Shown here: piece by piece, positions 49,050 to 57,223 of the stretch
Layout of the letters: each line of letters starts with the position of its first letter
Position numbering within the stretch: the first letter of the stretch is position 1
Source: Acidobacteriota bacterium
GTDB lineage: Bacteria; Acidobacteriota; Blastocatellia; Pyrinomonadales; Pyrinomonadaceae
Reading direction: 5' to 3'
DNA length: 64,000 nt
Assembly: GCA_020846885.1 (NCBI GenBank)
Contig: JADLDC010000267.1
Coordinates: 5,308-69,307 of the forward strand
Notes under the pieces: model-generated
The model's input: the letters and a program-made list of their open reading frames with translations, nothing else
What the model was told of the DNA's origin: nothing
The model's database searches: none
Position numbers and translations under genes: made by a program

Positions 49050-49364
49050 ATGAAAGAACTTTGGTTCAAGCGGAGCGACGGTATTGAGTTCGCCTGCGTG
49101 GAAGGCAGCGAGACGCATCAGCTGATGGAACGCGACGGTGCGTTCAGGCGCGTTGAAGAAACCACCCCGTCACCCGAAGCGGACGACACCGATCCACAGA
49201 CAGGCGGAGAGCTTGTGAAGAAGCCGCTGGCGAAGATGAACAAGACCGAACTTCTGGCCGAGGCCGCGGAGATCGGGGTAACGATAGAAGACGCCGACGC
49301 GGTGACGAAGGCACAGATCATTGCTGCGATCGGGGAAACGAATTCACCCAAGGCCGGTGAATAG
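49050..49364 (+). CDS. hypothetical protein with C-terminal Rho-N/HeH-like motif
   Basis: AGGAG upstream of ATG 49050. MNKTELLAEAAEIGVTIEDADAVTKAQIIAAI resembles Rho_N/SAP-like helices. Confidence 0.5.
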   Translation: MKELWFKRSDGIEFACVEGSETHQLMERDGAFRRVEETTPSPEADDTDPQTGGELVKKPLAKMNKTELLAEAAEIGVTIEDADAVTKAQIIAAIGETNSPKAGE

Positions 49365-49367
49365 ACG

Positions 49368-49691
49368 ATGGGCCAGTGGACGCTCGAACTTCAAACATTC
49401 AGGGACCACGTAACTGAGATCGTTCTAAAGGACGAAAACGGGATACCGCTGGATGTTTCCGGCTGGTTTTTGAAAGTCGATATCGAGCATACGGACGGTA
49501 CCATTACATGGTCAAGCGTGACGGGCCATATTGTGATAGCCGCCCCGACGAGCGATGGCAAAGCGACACTGACGGTAACGAAGACCGAGATCGCGACGCT
49601 TCCGTTCGACTGGGCGGCATTCAGCTTTTACGCCGGTGCAAACGCCGGCAATCCGGACCTGATCTATGAGGGCAAGGCGAAACGATCATGA
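49368..49691 (+). CDS. hypothetical structural protein
   Basis: 107-aa ORF, tightly packed in the operon. Confidence 0.5.
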   Translation: MGQWTLELQTFRDHVTEIVLKDENGIPLDVSGWFLKVDIEHTDGTITWSSVTGHIVIAAPTSDGKATLTVTKTEIATLPFDWAAFSFYAGANAGNPDLIYEGKAKRS

Positions 49692-50035
49692 GCTTACGGC
49701 AGGTCGAGGTAATCCAGAAACGATACCAGGTCGAGGTGACCGAGCCGGCAAGCGTTGTGATCACGGTATCCGGCACACAGGGGCCGCAAGGGCCGCCGGG
49801 CCCATCGGGCCTTGCCGCCCAGGTCGTCGGTGAAACGCCCGCCGGTGCCGTTGACGGCAGCAACGCCACGTTCACGACCGCGTTTGCGTTTATCCCGGAA
49901 TCGGTCGATGTAACGGTCAACGGTTTGCGTCAGAAGCGGATCGATGATTTCAACACAAGCGGGGCAAGCACGATCTTGCTGGCCGTCTCGCCCGGACCGG
50001 GAGAAAAGGTCCTGATCAACTACCTCAGAGCATAA
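49688..50035 (+). CDS. structural protein with a short collagen-like G-x-y run and a shared C-terminal beta domain
   Basis: GTQGPQGPPGPSG, then GSNATFTTAFAFIPESVDVTVNGL...GEKVLINY, which is similar to the C-terminus of the next gene. Confidence 0.55.
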   Translation: MSLRQVEVIQKRYQVEVTEPASVVITVSGTQGPQGPPGPSGLAAQVVGETPAGAVDGSNATFTTAFAFIPESVDVTVNGLRQKRIDDFNTSGASTILLAVSPGPGEKVLINYLRA

Positions 50036-50036
50036 A

Positions 50037-50864
50037 ATGGCTTCAACAACTATCAAATCCAGACAGATCGAAGACGGTGCGATAACCGACGCAAAGGTTG
50101 CGGCCGGTGCAGCGATCGCGAGCTCGAAACTCGCCGACGGGGCGAATTTCGTCAAAAGGGACGGAACGGTCGCGATGACCGGAAATCTTGATCTAGGCTC
50201 GCAGCGGATCACGAACGTCAACACGCCGTCGGGCAGCAACGACGCCTGTAATAAATCGTATGTCGATACGCTGATCGCCGGGTTGAACTCGCTTTTCGAT
50301 TCAAAGGGATCGTGCAAGGCGGCATCGACTGGCAACGTGACGATCTCGAACCCGGGCACGGCCATCTTTGACGGCGTAACGCTTTCAAACGGCGACCGCA
50401 TCCTGCTCAAAAATCAATCGACCGGTGCGGAAAACGGCATTTACGTTTTCAACGGGTCGGGTTCGGCGATGACGCGGGCCGATGACATGAACGCCTGGGC
50501 GGAGATACCGGGAGCTCTTGTCGCGATCGAGGAAGGTTCGACGAACGCCGATACGTTGTGGCTGTGTACGGCAAACGCCGGCGGCACGATCGGCTCAACG
50601 AGCGTGACGTGGCAGCAGGTGAACAGTTCCGGCCTGACGAACTCGAACTTTGTGGACAAGGAAACGCCGTCCGGTTCGGTGAACGGTTCGAACACTACGT
50701 TTACGCTGGCGAACACACCGACCAGCGGCAGCGAGCATGTCCACCTAAACGGCATTTTGCTCGAGCCGGGTGCGGGCAACGATTACACGATCTCGGGTGC
50801 GACGATAACGATGCTTTCGGCCCCGCTTTCGGGTGAGAAGATCCGCGTAAGCTACAGGAAGTAA
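50037..50864 (+). CDS. fibre-like structural protein sharing a C-terminal domain with the preceding gene
   Basis: The C-terminus GSNTTFTLANTPTSGSEHVHLNGILLEPGAGNDYTISGATITMLSAPLSGEKIRVSY parallels the C-terminus of 49688-50035. Confidence 0.55.
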   Translation: MASTTIKSRQIEDGAITDAKVAAGAAIASSKLADGANFVKRDGTVAMTGNLDLGSQRITNVNTPSGSNDACNKSYVDTLIAGLNSLFDSKGSCKAASTGNVTISNPGTAIFDGVTLSNGDRILLKNQSTGAENGIYVFNGSGSAMTRADDMNAWAEIPGALVAIEEGSTNADTLWLCTANAGGTIGSTSVTWQQVNSSGLTNSNFVDKETPSGSVNGSNTTFTLANTPTSGSEHVHLNGILLEPGAGNDYTISGATITMLSAPLSGEKIRVSYRK

Positions 50865-50866
50865 AA

Positions 50867-51220
50867 ATGGCAGTAACGGTACTTTCACAAAGACAAGTTT
50901 CGCCGGGAGTGGTAACGCTGACGGACGGGGCTAACATCGCGACAGACTGTGCACTTGGCCGCCGCTTTCAGGTGACGCTTGCCGGCAACCGGACGCTGGA
51001 TAACCCGACGAATATGCAGGACGGCGTTCAGTATGTATGGGAGTTTGTGCAGGACGGGACGGGTTCGCGGACGATAACGCTCGGGTCAAAATTTGCGTTC
51101 GGGACGGACATAACCGGACTGACGCTGACGACGGCCGCAGCGAAGCGTGACTTTATGACGGGGATTTATGATTCGACATCCGACAAGATCTTTGTCGTCG
51201 GGGTCAGCAAGGGCTATTGA
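50867..51220 (+). CDS. hypothetical structural protein
   Basis: 117-aa ORF. Confidence 0.5.
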   Translation: MAVTVLSQRQVSPGVVTLTDGANIATDCALGRRFQVTLAGNRTLDNPTNMQDGVQYVWEFVQDGTGSRTITLGSKFAFGTDITGLTLTTAAAKRDFMTGIYDSTSDKIFVVGVSKGY

Positions 51221-51318
51221 TGGAACGGCATCGGGTGAGATTAGGCAATGTTGGGTTGGTGCTGATGGTGACCGTGTTCTGCCTGGTGCTTTATTGGATA
51301 GTAAGTTTCGCGGGATGA
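51220..51318 (+). CDS. possible 32-aa membrane peptide
   Basis: ATGA start/stop overlap with the upstream gene. Translation is MERHRVRLGNVGLVLMVTVFCLVLYWIVSFAG. It is followed by the inverted repeat TTTCGCGGG/CCCGCGAAA. Confidence 0.25.
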   Translation: MERHRVRLGNVGLVLMVTVFCLVLYWIVSFAG

Positions 51319-51427
51319 GGGCGACGAAAGACCCGCGAAAGATGGTGGGGCGGGCGGCAATACTTTGGGGGGACTTAGTAGGCAAGCCGCCTCACCAAAA
51401 ATTCATTTGATTTAGGAGTCACACGAA

Positions 51428-51913
51428 ATGGCTACACAAACGATCAACTACGGGACCGAGACGGCCATCACAGCGACGAATATAAATTCGCTGGCGAACA
51501 ACCAGGCAAAACCGCTTCCGGTTGTGGACAACTCATCGACGAAAGCGATAGACGCGAAGGTCCATTTTGAGGCGACGCTTGGGAGTTCAGGCGTGTCGGC
51601 GACGGGCACGATCGAACTGTATTTGCTCGAATCGACCGAATCGACGACAGCGGATTTTAGCGATGGCATTGACCCGACAAGCGCGTCAGACGTTGCCGCC
51701 TCGATCAAGAATGCGACGCTGCTGCGGATTTTGAACGCAAACGCGAACAGCCAGGTAGTGAAGGTGATCTTTGACCTGACGGCGGATGTGCGGAACGAGT
51801 TGGCGAACTGCCCGAAATATTGGTCGGTGCTGGTGCTGAACAAATCCGGTGCAGCTCTTGCGGCCAGCGGCCACGAGGCCAACTATACGGCCATTAAGAT
51901 GGACTTTGCCTAA
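51428..51913 (+). CDS. hypothetical structural protein
   Basis: 161-aa ORF with AGGAG upstream. Confidence 0.5.
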   Translation: MATQTINYGTETAITATNINSLANNQAKPLPVVDNSSTKAIDAKVHFEATLGSSGVSATGTIELYLLESTESTTADFSDGIDPTSASDVAASIKNATLLRILNANANSQVVKVIFDLTADVRNELANCPKYWSVLVLNKSGAALAASGHEANYTAIKMDFA

Positions 51914-51915
51914 AC

Positions 51916-52686
51916 ATGGCGCTTCGATTCACATTGAATGGCTCCCAGCGTGTCGATTACGGCACTGCGGTCGGACTCTTTCCTGATACGTGTCTGATTG
52001 GTGCATGGATCTACCCGACGACGTTAGATTCAACGTACCAGGTCGTTCTCGAAAAGACCCCAAGCGGATACTCAGACTATCGCGGACTAGGCATCAATGC
52101 CTCGACTGGTACGATCAGCGCGTTCATGCGGCGTGGAGCTCCGTTCGACACGGGTATCGATATGCAATCAGCCGCGGTGCTGATCGCCAATAGGTGGCAA
52201 TTCATTGCGGCACAACTAGACGCGGCGAGTGCGGAAGACCTTGAGCAGCAAATATATTACGGGCTTGAACGTAATCCGGCGGCTGAGGTCTCGTATCTGA
52301 GCCAGACGGCGGGCACGGGTTCGACCACACCCGTTGCAACGCCGCTGACGGTCGGCAACAACATAGGCGGTGGTGCGGAAGGTTTTCCAGGGTTGATCCA
52401 ATACCCGTTCGTGATCGAGGGCAGGCCGTCGCTCAAAGAGATCGTTGATTTTCAATTTAATCCGCGAATCGTTCCGGGTTTGAAATTCCTGAGTATTCTT
52501 GGACGGCCAGGTGTCCAGCCGGTGCTTGCCGGCGGTACACACGGCACAGTGACCGGAGCGGTCATGGCGAAAGGCGAACCGCCGATACTGCCGCTTTCAC
52601 GGCCGGCCAAACGATATTCGTTTGCGTCCGTCAGCGGCGGTGGGGGACCGGCGAAGCGTGACGGGATGTTTTTTGGGGTGATGTAA
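51916..52686 (+). CDS. hypothetical protein, possibly LamG/concanavalin-like fold
   Basis: 256 aa. The beta-rich pattern (WQFIAAQLD, LTVGNNIGGGAEGFPGLIQYPFVIEG) is weakly reminiscent of LamG jelly-rolls. Confidence 0.4.
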   Translation: MALRFTLNGSQRVDYGTAVGLFPDTCLIGAWIYPTTLDSTYQVVLEKTPSGYSDYRGLGINASTGTISAFMRRGAPFDTGIDMQSAAVLIANRWQFIAAQLDAASAEDLEQQIYYGLERNPAAEVSYLSQTAGTGSTTPVATPLTVGNNIGGGAEGFPGLIQYPFVIEGRPSLKEIVDFQFNPRIVPGLKFLSILGRPGVQPVLAGGTHGTVTGAVMAKGEPPILPLSRPAKRYSFASVSGGGGPAKRDGMFFGVM

Positions 52687-52716
52687 TGCCGGGCCAGATG
52701 TTTTTTGGATTTTGAA

Positions 52717-53049
52717 ATGGACCACTTCGAACAGCTAAAGCGAATGACGGCGGCCGCGGCCGAGCCGGTGCTGGCGAATGATGAGATCGAATCGCTGCTT
52801 GCGATGTTCGCCGTTGTCGACGCCGACGGGCTCAAGCCGACAGATCCCGAATGGCGGCCGACGTACCGGCTGAAGGCGGCGGCGGCCGAGGGCTGGCGGT
52901 GGAAGGCGGCGAAGGCGGCGGAGTTGATATCGTCGGACCTTGACGGCGACCGAATGAGCGCGCACCAGGTTTTTTACCATTGTCAGGATATGGTGAAGAT
53001 CTATTCGAGGGGAACGGCGACGACGAGCATGAGCGGAGCAACAAACTAA
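52717..53049 (+). CDS. head-tail connector/adaptor-like protein
   Basis: 110 aa. The pattern PTDPEWRPTYRLKAAAAEGWRWKAAKAA is common in phage head-tail adaptor proteins. The stop lies in the palindrome loop. Confidence 0.45.
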   Translation: MDHFEQLKRMTAAAAEPVLANDEIESLLAMFAVVDADGLKPTDPEWRPTYRLKAAAAEGWRWKAAKAAELISSDLDGDRMSAHQVFYHCQDMVKIYSRGTATTSMSGATN

Positions 53050-53062
53050 AGTTTGTTGGACA
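53039..53062 (+). repeat. palindrome family copy CAACAAACTAAAGTTTGTTGGACA
   Basis: Preceded by GGAGCGGAG exactly as at 38861. The loop variant TAA is the stop codon of the upstream gene (53047-53049). Confidence 0.9.
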
Positions 53063-53064
53063 CT

Positions 53065-53409
53065 ATGAACGAGGTCCTTAAATTAGCGGCGATCAACAGG
53101 CATAGGCGGCGGTTGTTTGGGGATGTGCCGCTGTTGGCCTATACGGTGACGCCGGAGGCGGGCGAGACGCTGGCGGCAACCTTTCTGATCGACTGGTTCG
53201 GGCAGCGGATCGAGAAAACGACGACCGGTTCGGCGGCGGAAGCGGGCGCATGGCAATTCCAGGTAAAGGCCGCGGACGATTGGGCAAACAGCCAGGCGTT
53301 CATGTTGAAAATAGCGGCACTTGCCATCGGTGCCCGGAGGTGGAGGGCGACGAAGGTCGAGAAGCCGATCGGGGTTTCGATGGTTTGGAAGATAAGGGCA
53401 ACAAACTGA
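53065..53409 (+). CDS. hypothetical head-tail joining protein
   Basis: About 114 aa, flanked on both sides by palindrome copies. Confidence 0.45.
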   Translation: MNEVLKLAAINRHRRRLFGDVPLLAYTVTPEAGETLAATFLIDWFGQRIEKTTTGSAAEAGAWQFQVKAADDWANSQAFMLKIAALAIGARRWRATKVEKPIGVSMVWKIRATN

Positions 53410-53422
53410 AGTTTGTTGGACA
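53399..53422 (+). repeat. palindrome family copy CAACAAACTGAAGTTTGTTGGACA
   Basis: The loop TGA (53407-53409) is the upstream stop codon. The next ATG is at 53422. Confidence 0.9.
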
Positions 53423-53910
53423 TGTTGTCGGACATTTTGATGATCACTGTGAGTGTAAAGGACAGGACACCGGAGCTGATGCAGAAACTGCAGGCGGCGG
53501 TTGAACAGTTTGTGGTCAAGGGTGCGGCGTATATTGAGGGCGAGCTGGTAAAGGAGTCCGCGGGGAAGAAGACGGGCCGAAGCTATCCGCGCGGAAAGGA
53601 GGCGGTGCACACCGCATCGGCACCGGGCGAGTCGCCGGCGAACGATTCGAGCAATCTGTACGGTTCGATCCAGATCATCAGTGAAAACTCACTGGAAGCG
53701 AAGATCGGGACGGTGGTCGAATATGCGGTTTATTTGGAATACGGAGCGTCGGCACCGGCGACGCGAAAGGTCAAGAAGACCGGCGAGGCGGTGATGGGGC
53801 CGCACATGGGCGGGATGAAGCCGAGGCCGCTATGGGCAAAGACGGCGGCCGAGAGCCTGCCGACACTGGAAAATATGCTGGAGGCGGAAGTGAGGAAGGC
53901 AAACAGGTGA
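53422..53910 (+). CDS. HK97 gp10-like tail/neck component
   Basis: RSYPRGKEAVHTASAPGESPANDSSNLYGSI ... VVEYAVYLEYG fits the HK97-gp10 family pattern. Confidence 0.6.
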   Translation: MLSDILMITVSVKDRTPELMQKLQAAVEQFVVKGAAYIEGELVKESAGKKTGRSYPRGKEAVHTASAPGESPANDSSNLYGSIQIISENSLEAKIGTVVEYAVYLEYGASAPATRKVKKTGEAVMGPHMGGMKPRPLWAKTAAESLPTLENMLEAEVRKANR

Positions 53911-54116
53911 GACGAGACAAATGGCAGCGGTTTCGCGGCTGCACGGAAAAACGGGCGTTTCAGACGCGGTTCTATGCCGAAGCATTTGCCTGGAACGTGC
54001 TGGGAGACGAGGAGGCGAGGGCCTACAGGTGCCGCTTCTGCAATGAATTTCATTTGACGCGAGACGCCGGCGACCAGGCAAAAGACAGACGGCGACCCTA
54101 TGAACGATCTCGATAA
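53907..54116 (+). CDS. small hypothetical protein
   Basis: The GTG start overlaps the upstream stop. 69 aa with YRCRFCNEFH. Confidence 0.3.
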   Translation: MRRDKWQRFRGCTEKRAFQTRFYAEAFAWNVLGDEEARAYRCRFCNEFHLTRDAGDQAKDRRRPYERSR

Positions 54117-54573
54117 GCAAATCAGGCTGGCGATCAAACCGGCGATCAAGACGCCATACGCGACGGCCTCGGTCTATGTGTGGAACGTGTTGTCGCACCG
54201 ACTGGACGAATGGCCGGGCCTGCTGCGGACGACCGATTTCGCGAGCTCGCAGAAGACTCACGGCTGGATCATCAAGCGGGTCGAAGGATCATCGACCTGG
54301 AAGAACACGGTCCGCGACCGTCCGGTCTGGACCTATGACCTGTGGGGTTTTTACGGTTTTCGGTCGGGGAAGGAATCGGACAACTCGGACCTGGAGTGGT
54401 CGGAAGTTTGGGATACGGTCTATGAGAATCTTAAGGCCGCTCCAAACCTCGGGCTTGACGGCGTTGTAGAACATCACGAATTGCTGCAGCTCGCGAACAA
54501 CACGACGATCGACTGCGGCGAGGAGACCCTGCATTTTTCGCACGGGCGGCTGGTAGTGCATTTGTGCTGCTAA
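54100..54573 (+). CDS. hypothetical tail component
   Basis: 157-aa ORF upstream of the major tail protein candidate. Confidence 0.5.
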   Translation: MNDLDKQIRLAIKPAIKTPYATASVYVWNVLSHRLDEWPGLLRTTDFASSQKTHGWIIKRVEGSSTWKNTVRDRPVWTYDLWGFYGFRSGKESDNSDLEWSEVWDTVYENLKAAPNLGLDGVVEHHELLQLANNTTIDCGEETLHFSHGRLVVHLCC

Positions 54574-54594
54574 CAAACTGAAGTTTGTTGGACA
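54571..54594 (+). repeat. palindrome family copy TAACAAACTGAAGTTTGTTGGACA
   Basis: The first three nt are the upstream stop codon TAA. It lies 13 nt before the ATG of the major tail protein candidate. Confidence 0.9.
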
Positions 54595-54606
54595 AGAAAA
54601 AAGAAC

Positions 54607-55647
54607 ATGAGAATAGATACATCGAGAAGCTGGATATCGAAAACGCTCGAATCCTCGTACAACACGCCGGAGGCAACCGGCTCAAACTACAGCGAGATCC
54701 CGACGCAGGAGCCATATTTTGTCCTGCCGAAACTTGAGAAAACATCGGACGCGGACCGCGTCGGGCAGGATGCCCCGACACATCTTTGCAACACGTACTG
54801 GTCGCACGGCGAGATCGGGCTTCGCGACGACGCTGAAACGGATGTGCCGGCGAGATTGTTCCGGCGTGCCCTGGGCGGATCGGTGACGGACACGGTGGTC
54901 AGTGCCGGGGCGGTCTGGGACCACACGTTCGCGATACTGCCGCGAGCGGCAAGCGATTTTCTGCCGAGCTTTTCGGTGGCGACGCTTTTGGGTTCGGCAA
55001 GCTTTCTGCTTGCGGGATGCATGATCGACCGCTTTAAGGTGAGCCAGAAAAACTCTGAGCGTGTGCAGCACGAGACCGACATCCTGAGCGGCGGCAAATT
55101 TACAAACCCGCACGGGCTGACGAGCTTGCCGTCGCTGGTCGATACGGCCTGCATGGACGGGTTCAGGACGAACATCCAGTACACGGATTCTGACGGTTCG
55201 ACGACCGTGAACCTGACGACGGCCGGCAAGGTGATCGAATGGATGGTCGAGCACAAGAACAACATTCGCCGGAACAAACGGCGAACAGGCGACCCGATCC
55301 AGACGGTTTCGAGCAGTGCCGGTGCCTATGTCAGATCGATGCCGCGTGGAAAATACGAAACGTCGGTCCAGATGGTGATCGATTTTGTTGATCTGACGGA
55401 ATGGACGAAGAGCGTGCAGAACGCGGTGTTCACGAACATGAAGATCACGGTCGTCGGCCCGATCATAACCGGGATATATAGGCATGAGTTTGAGATCATC
55501 ATCCCGAAATTCGGCTTTGATTCGCCGGACACAAGCGACGATGAAGGCGACGCCGCGACGCCGATCAACATTATCCCGTTCAAGGACCCGACGAGCGGCG
55601 GCACGATCACGGGGCGGATCAGGAACGCGCAGGGTACGCTGGTTTAA
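54607..55647 (+). CDS. major tail protein candidate
   Basis: 346 aa. Its position two genes upstream of the chaperone pair and tape measure is typical for a siphovirus tail tube protein. No motif-level support. Confidence 0.45.
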   Translation: MRIDTSRSWISKTLESSYNTPEATGSNYSEIPTQEPYFVLPKLEKTSDADRVGQDAPTHLCNTYWSHGEIGLRDDAETDVPARLFRRALGGSVTDTVVSAGAVWDHTFAILPRAASDFLPSFSVATLLGSASFLLAGCMIDRFKVSQKNSERVQHETDILSGGKFTNPHGLTSLPSLVDTACMDGFRTNIQYTDSDGSTTVNLTTAGKVIEWMVEHKNNIRRNKRRTGDPIQTVSSSAGAYVRSMPRGKYETSVQMVIDFVDLTEWTKSVQNAVFTNMKITVVGPIITGIYRHEFEIIIPKFGFDSPDTSDDEGDAATPINIIPFKDPTSGGTITGRIRNAQGTLV

Positions 55648-55652
55648 AAATA

Positions 55653-55701
55653 GACCACCCCACCGACGAAGCGTCGGCACCCCTCCTCAAACCAGGAGGG
55701 G
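55653..55701 (+). repeat. structured element B: GACCACCCC box, CCGACG-AA-GCGTCGG hairpin, then CCCCTCCT-CAAACC-AGGAGGGG hairpin
   Basis: Same architecture as 47664-47727 and 61073-61126. Confidence 0.8.
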
Positions 55702-55714
55702 AGTTTGGAGAGAT

Positions 55715-55951
55715 ATGGCAAGACAAAAAAGTGTTGAGCAGCAGCGGGAAGAATTTCTGGCCCGCGAAGCTCGCGAATGCAGGAAGTGGCAGCAGCCGAA
55801 ACCGTTCGAGCCCGAGCACAACGCGTGCCCGTGGATGGACGCGGAGACGGAAACCGAGGCCTTAGCGGCTGCGGAGGAAGAAGTTTTCACCACAGAGGCA
55901 CAGAGGAACACGGAGAAAGCGGAATTGAAAGGAGAGACTGAAAATAAATGA
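55715..55951 (+). CDS. hypothetical small protein (3' end made of a CACAGAG repeat box)
   Basis: ATG 55715 with GGAGAG upstream. 78 aa ending ...EEEVFTTEAQRNTEKAELKGETENK. Confidence 0.4.
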   Translation: MARQKSVEQQREEFLAREARECRKWQQPKPFEPEHNACPWMDAETETEALAAAEEEVFTTEAQRNTEKAELKGETENK

Positions 55952-56712
55952 ACAGTGATCAGCAGACAGGCGTCAGGGAGTCGATGGAGCCGCGTTGGGA
56001 GAATGCGGAAGGCGGCGGGAAGAAGGCAGATGGCAACCTGCAGCTTTACAGGATCGACTGGGAAACGGCGGAGGTTTCGTTTGCAAAGGGGCGGATGCGG
56101 CAGACGCTGAGACGGCCGACGGCGGACGAGATATTCAAACGCGAAAGCGACCTTGAACAGGAAGTGCCGATGAAGGCCGACGGCAGCTATGCCCTGCCCG
56201 ACCCGACAGTGGCCGAGGCGGTGAACGCCGAGCTTTACGACAAGCTCGTGACGGAAACGGCGGGCGAGGAGATAGAGATATGGGATGTACATAAATCGCA
56301 GGCACTGGAATCGCTCTACTCGAGCGAGATAGAGGTTGAGGGCGACGCTCTTGGCGAGGAAGTCGTGATAGCGGAAGAGATCGGCAGCGGAGACTGGGCG
56401 GACTTTACGGTGCGGCATATCCTGAGACGGCCGACGCGGGCCGAACTGGACAGCTATCGGCGAAAGGCCGCGGTCGGAAGCTATGTGAAACCGGGTAAAC
56501 GCGGACGGCAGATATTGGTAACGCGGTCGAATTTGAAGAATATTGTGCCGTTCTATGATCTGTGGACCGAGCGGGTCGATGGGGCGACGGTGGATGGCGA
56601 AGTGTTTAGCGAGGGCAACAAACTGAAGTTTGTCGGACAGGTTGATCCGCTGGTGAAGCGGAAAGTCGTTCAGGTATTTGCCGAGGCGATCGTTCAAAAA
56701 CTATCGGACTGA
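55948..56712 (+). CDS. tail assembly chaperone candidate (gpG-like, upstream frame)
   Basis: 254 aa, located just upstream of the tape measure. It is followed by an overlapping -1 frame ORF that lacks its own start. Confidence 0.5.
   Translation: MNSDQQTGVRESMEPRWENAEGGGKKADGNLQLYRIDWETAEVSFAKGRMRQTLRRPTADEIFKRESDLEQEVPMKADGSYALPDPTVAEAVNAELYDKLVTETAGEEIEIWDVHKSQALESLYSSEIEVEGDALGEEVVIAEEIGSGDWADFTVRHILRRPTRAELDSYRRKAAVGSYVKPGKRGRQILVTRSNLKNIVPFYDLWTERVDGATVDGEVFSEGNKLKFVGQVDPLVKRKVVQVFAEAIVQKLSD
56616..56639 (+). repeat. palindrome family copy CAACAAACTGAAGTTTGTCGGACA (intragenic)
   Basis: Read in frame as GNKLKFVGQ inside CDS 55948-56712. Confidence 0.85.
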
Positions 56713-57101
56713 CGGAAGCTCTCGCCGAACATTTCTGCGGCCATATCGACTGCCTGAACGAAAACGACGGCGAGAGCTGCCCGGGTGCCGCGGAATGCCG
56801 GATCATTAAACGGTATCCCGGCCAGGGCGAGGATGAGATCTGCGGATCATGCCAATTTCTGCCGACAAAACCGGAGGGCGTGCGAAGCGACTTGCACGAA
56901 TTCGTGAACGCCGCACTCGTGCTAACCGAATTAGAACGGAGCGGGGCCAAATTCCTTTATCCCGACGCACTTACGGCGGCGGAATGGGCAAGCCTGGCCG
57001 GATTGCAGCGGGGACGCGACCGGGCGGAGGGATTGCAGGCGGAACGGGACCGGAAGAAACGCCGGACTGAGGAGGCCAGGAAGAGGTTGAACGGGAAATG
57101 A
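56700..57101 (+). CDS. -1 frame extension (gpGT-like) of the tail assembly chaperone
   Basis: The -1 frame is open from 56646 and protein-like (HFCGHIDC..SCPGAAEC..ICGSCQF). It has no ATG/GTG/TTG before 56880. The overlap contains the A-run TTCAAAAAC at 56693-56701. Confidence 0.45.
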   Translation, partial: TIGLTEALAEHFCGHIDCLNENDGESCPGAAECRIIKRYPGQGEDEICGSCQFLPTKPEGVRSDLHEFVNAALVLTELERSGAKFLYPDALTAAEWASLAGLQRGRDRAEGLQAERDRKKRRTEEARKRLNGK

Positions 57102-57223
57102 TCGACGAACTTATCAGCGATTTTATCGAGACACGGCGGCAAGCCGAGGAGCGAGAGGCGGTGCGGGCGGCCGCGGATCGCGGCGTGCGGAGCAACAAAC
57201 TGAAGTTTGTTGGACTTGGGTGA
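57098..57223 (+). CDS. 41-codon ORF bridging to the tape-measure gene
   Basis: ATGA overlap at its start. Its stop abuts the tape-measure ATG. It contains a palindrome copy in frame. Confidence 0.3.
   Translation: MIDELISDFIETRRQAEEREAVRAAADRGVRSNKLKFVGLG
57193..57216 (+). repeat. palindrome family copy CAACAAACTGAAGTTTGTTGGACT
   Basis: Read in frame as SNKLKFVGL in a 41-codon ORF. It ends 8 nt before the tape-measure ATG. Confidence 0.9.

Noticed and set aside
54682-55680. 332-aa minus-strand ORF opposite the major tail protein candidate. Similar long antisense ORFs exist: 47678-48631 opposite the capsid gene, 55687-56697, 56971-58245 opposite the tape measure, 36662-37468 opposite the endolysin, 42296-43081 opposite the portal gene, 41340-42284 opposite the HNH gene, 37864-38541, 38572-39180, 30425-31276 and 60145-60744.
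   Set aside because: All are Arg/Pro/Ser-rich, lack RBS context and domains, and lie opposite ORFs with operon-consistent starts and recognisable functions. Only the antisense ORF at 45294-46094 shows real domain signatures and was kept.
38870-57216. The palindrome core contains CTGAAG, which I recall as the Eco57I/AcuI-type restriction recognition sequence, so the repeats might be restriction or modification targets
   Set aside because: The conserved unit is much longer (20-24 bp) with selected arm complementarity. One copy has CTCAAG and another CTAAAG. No type IIG/IIS enzyme gene is visible. The match is most likely coincidental.
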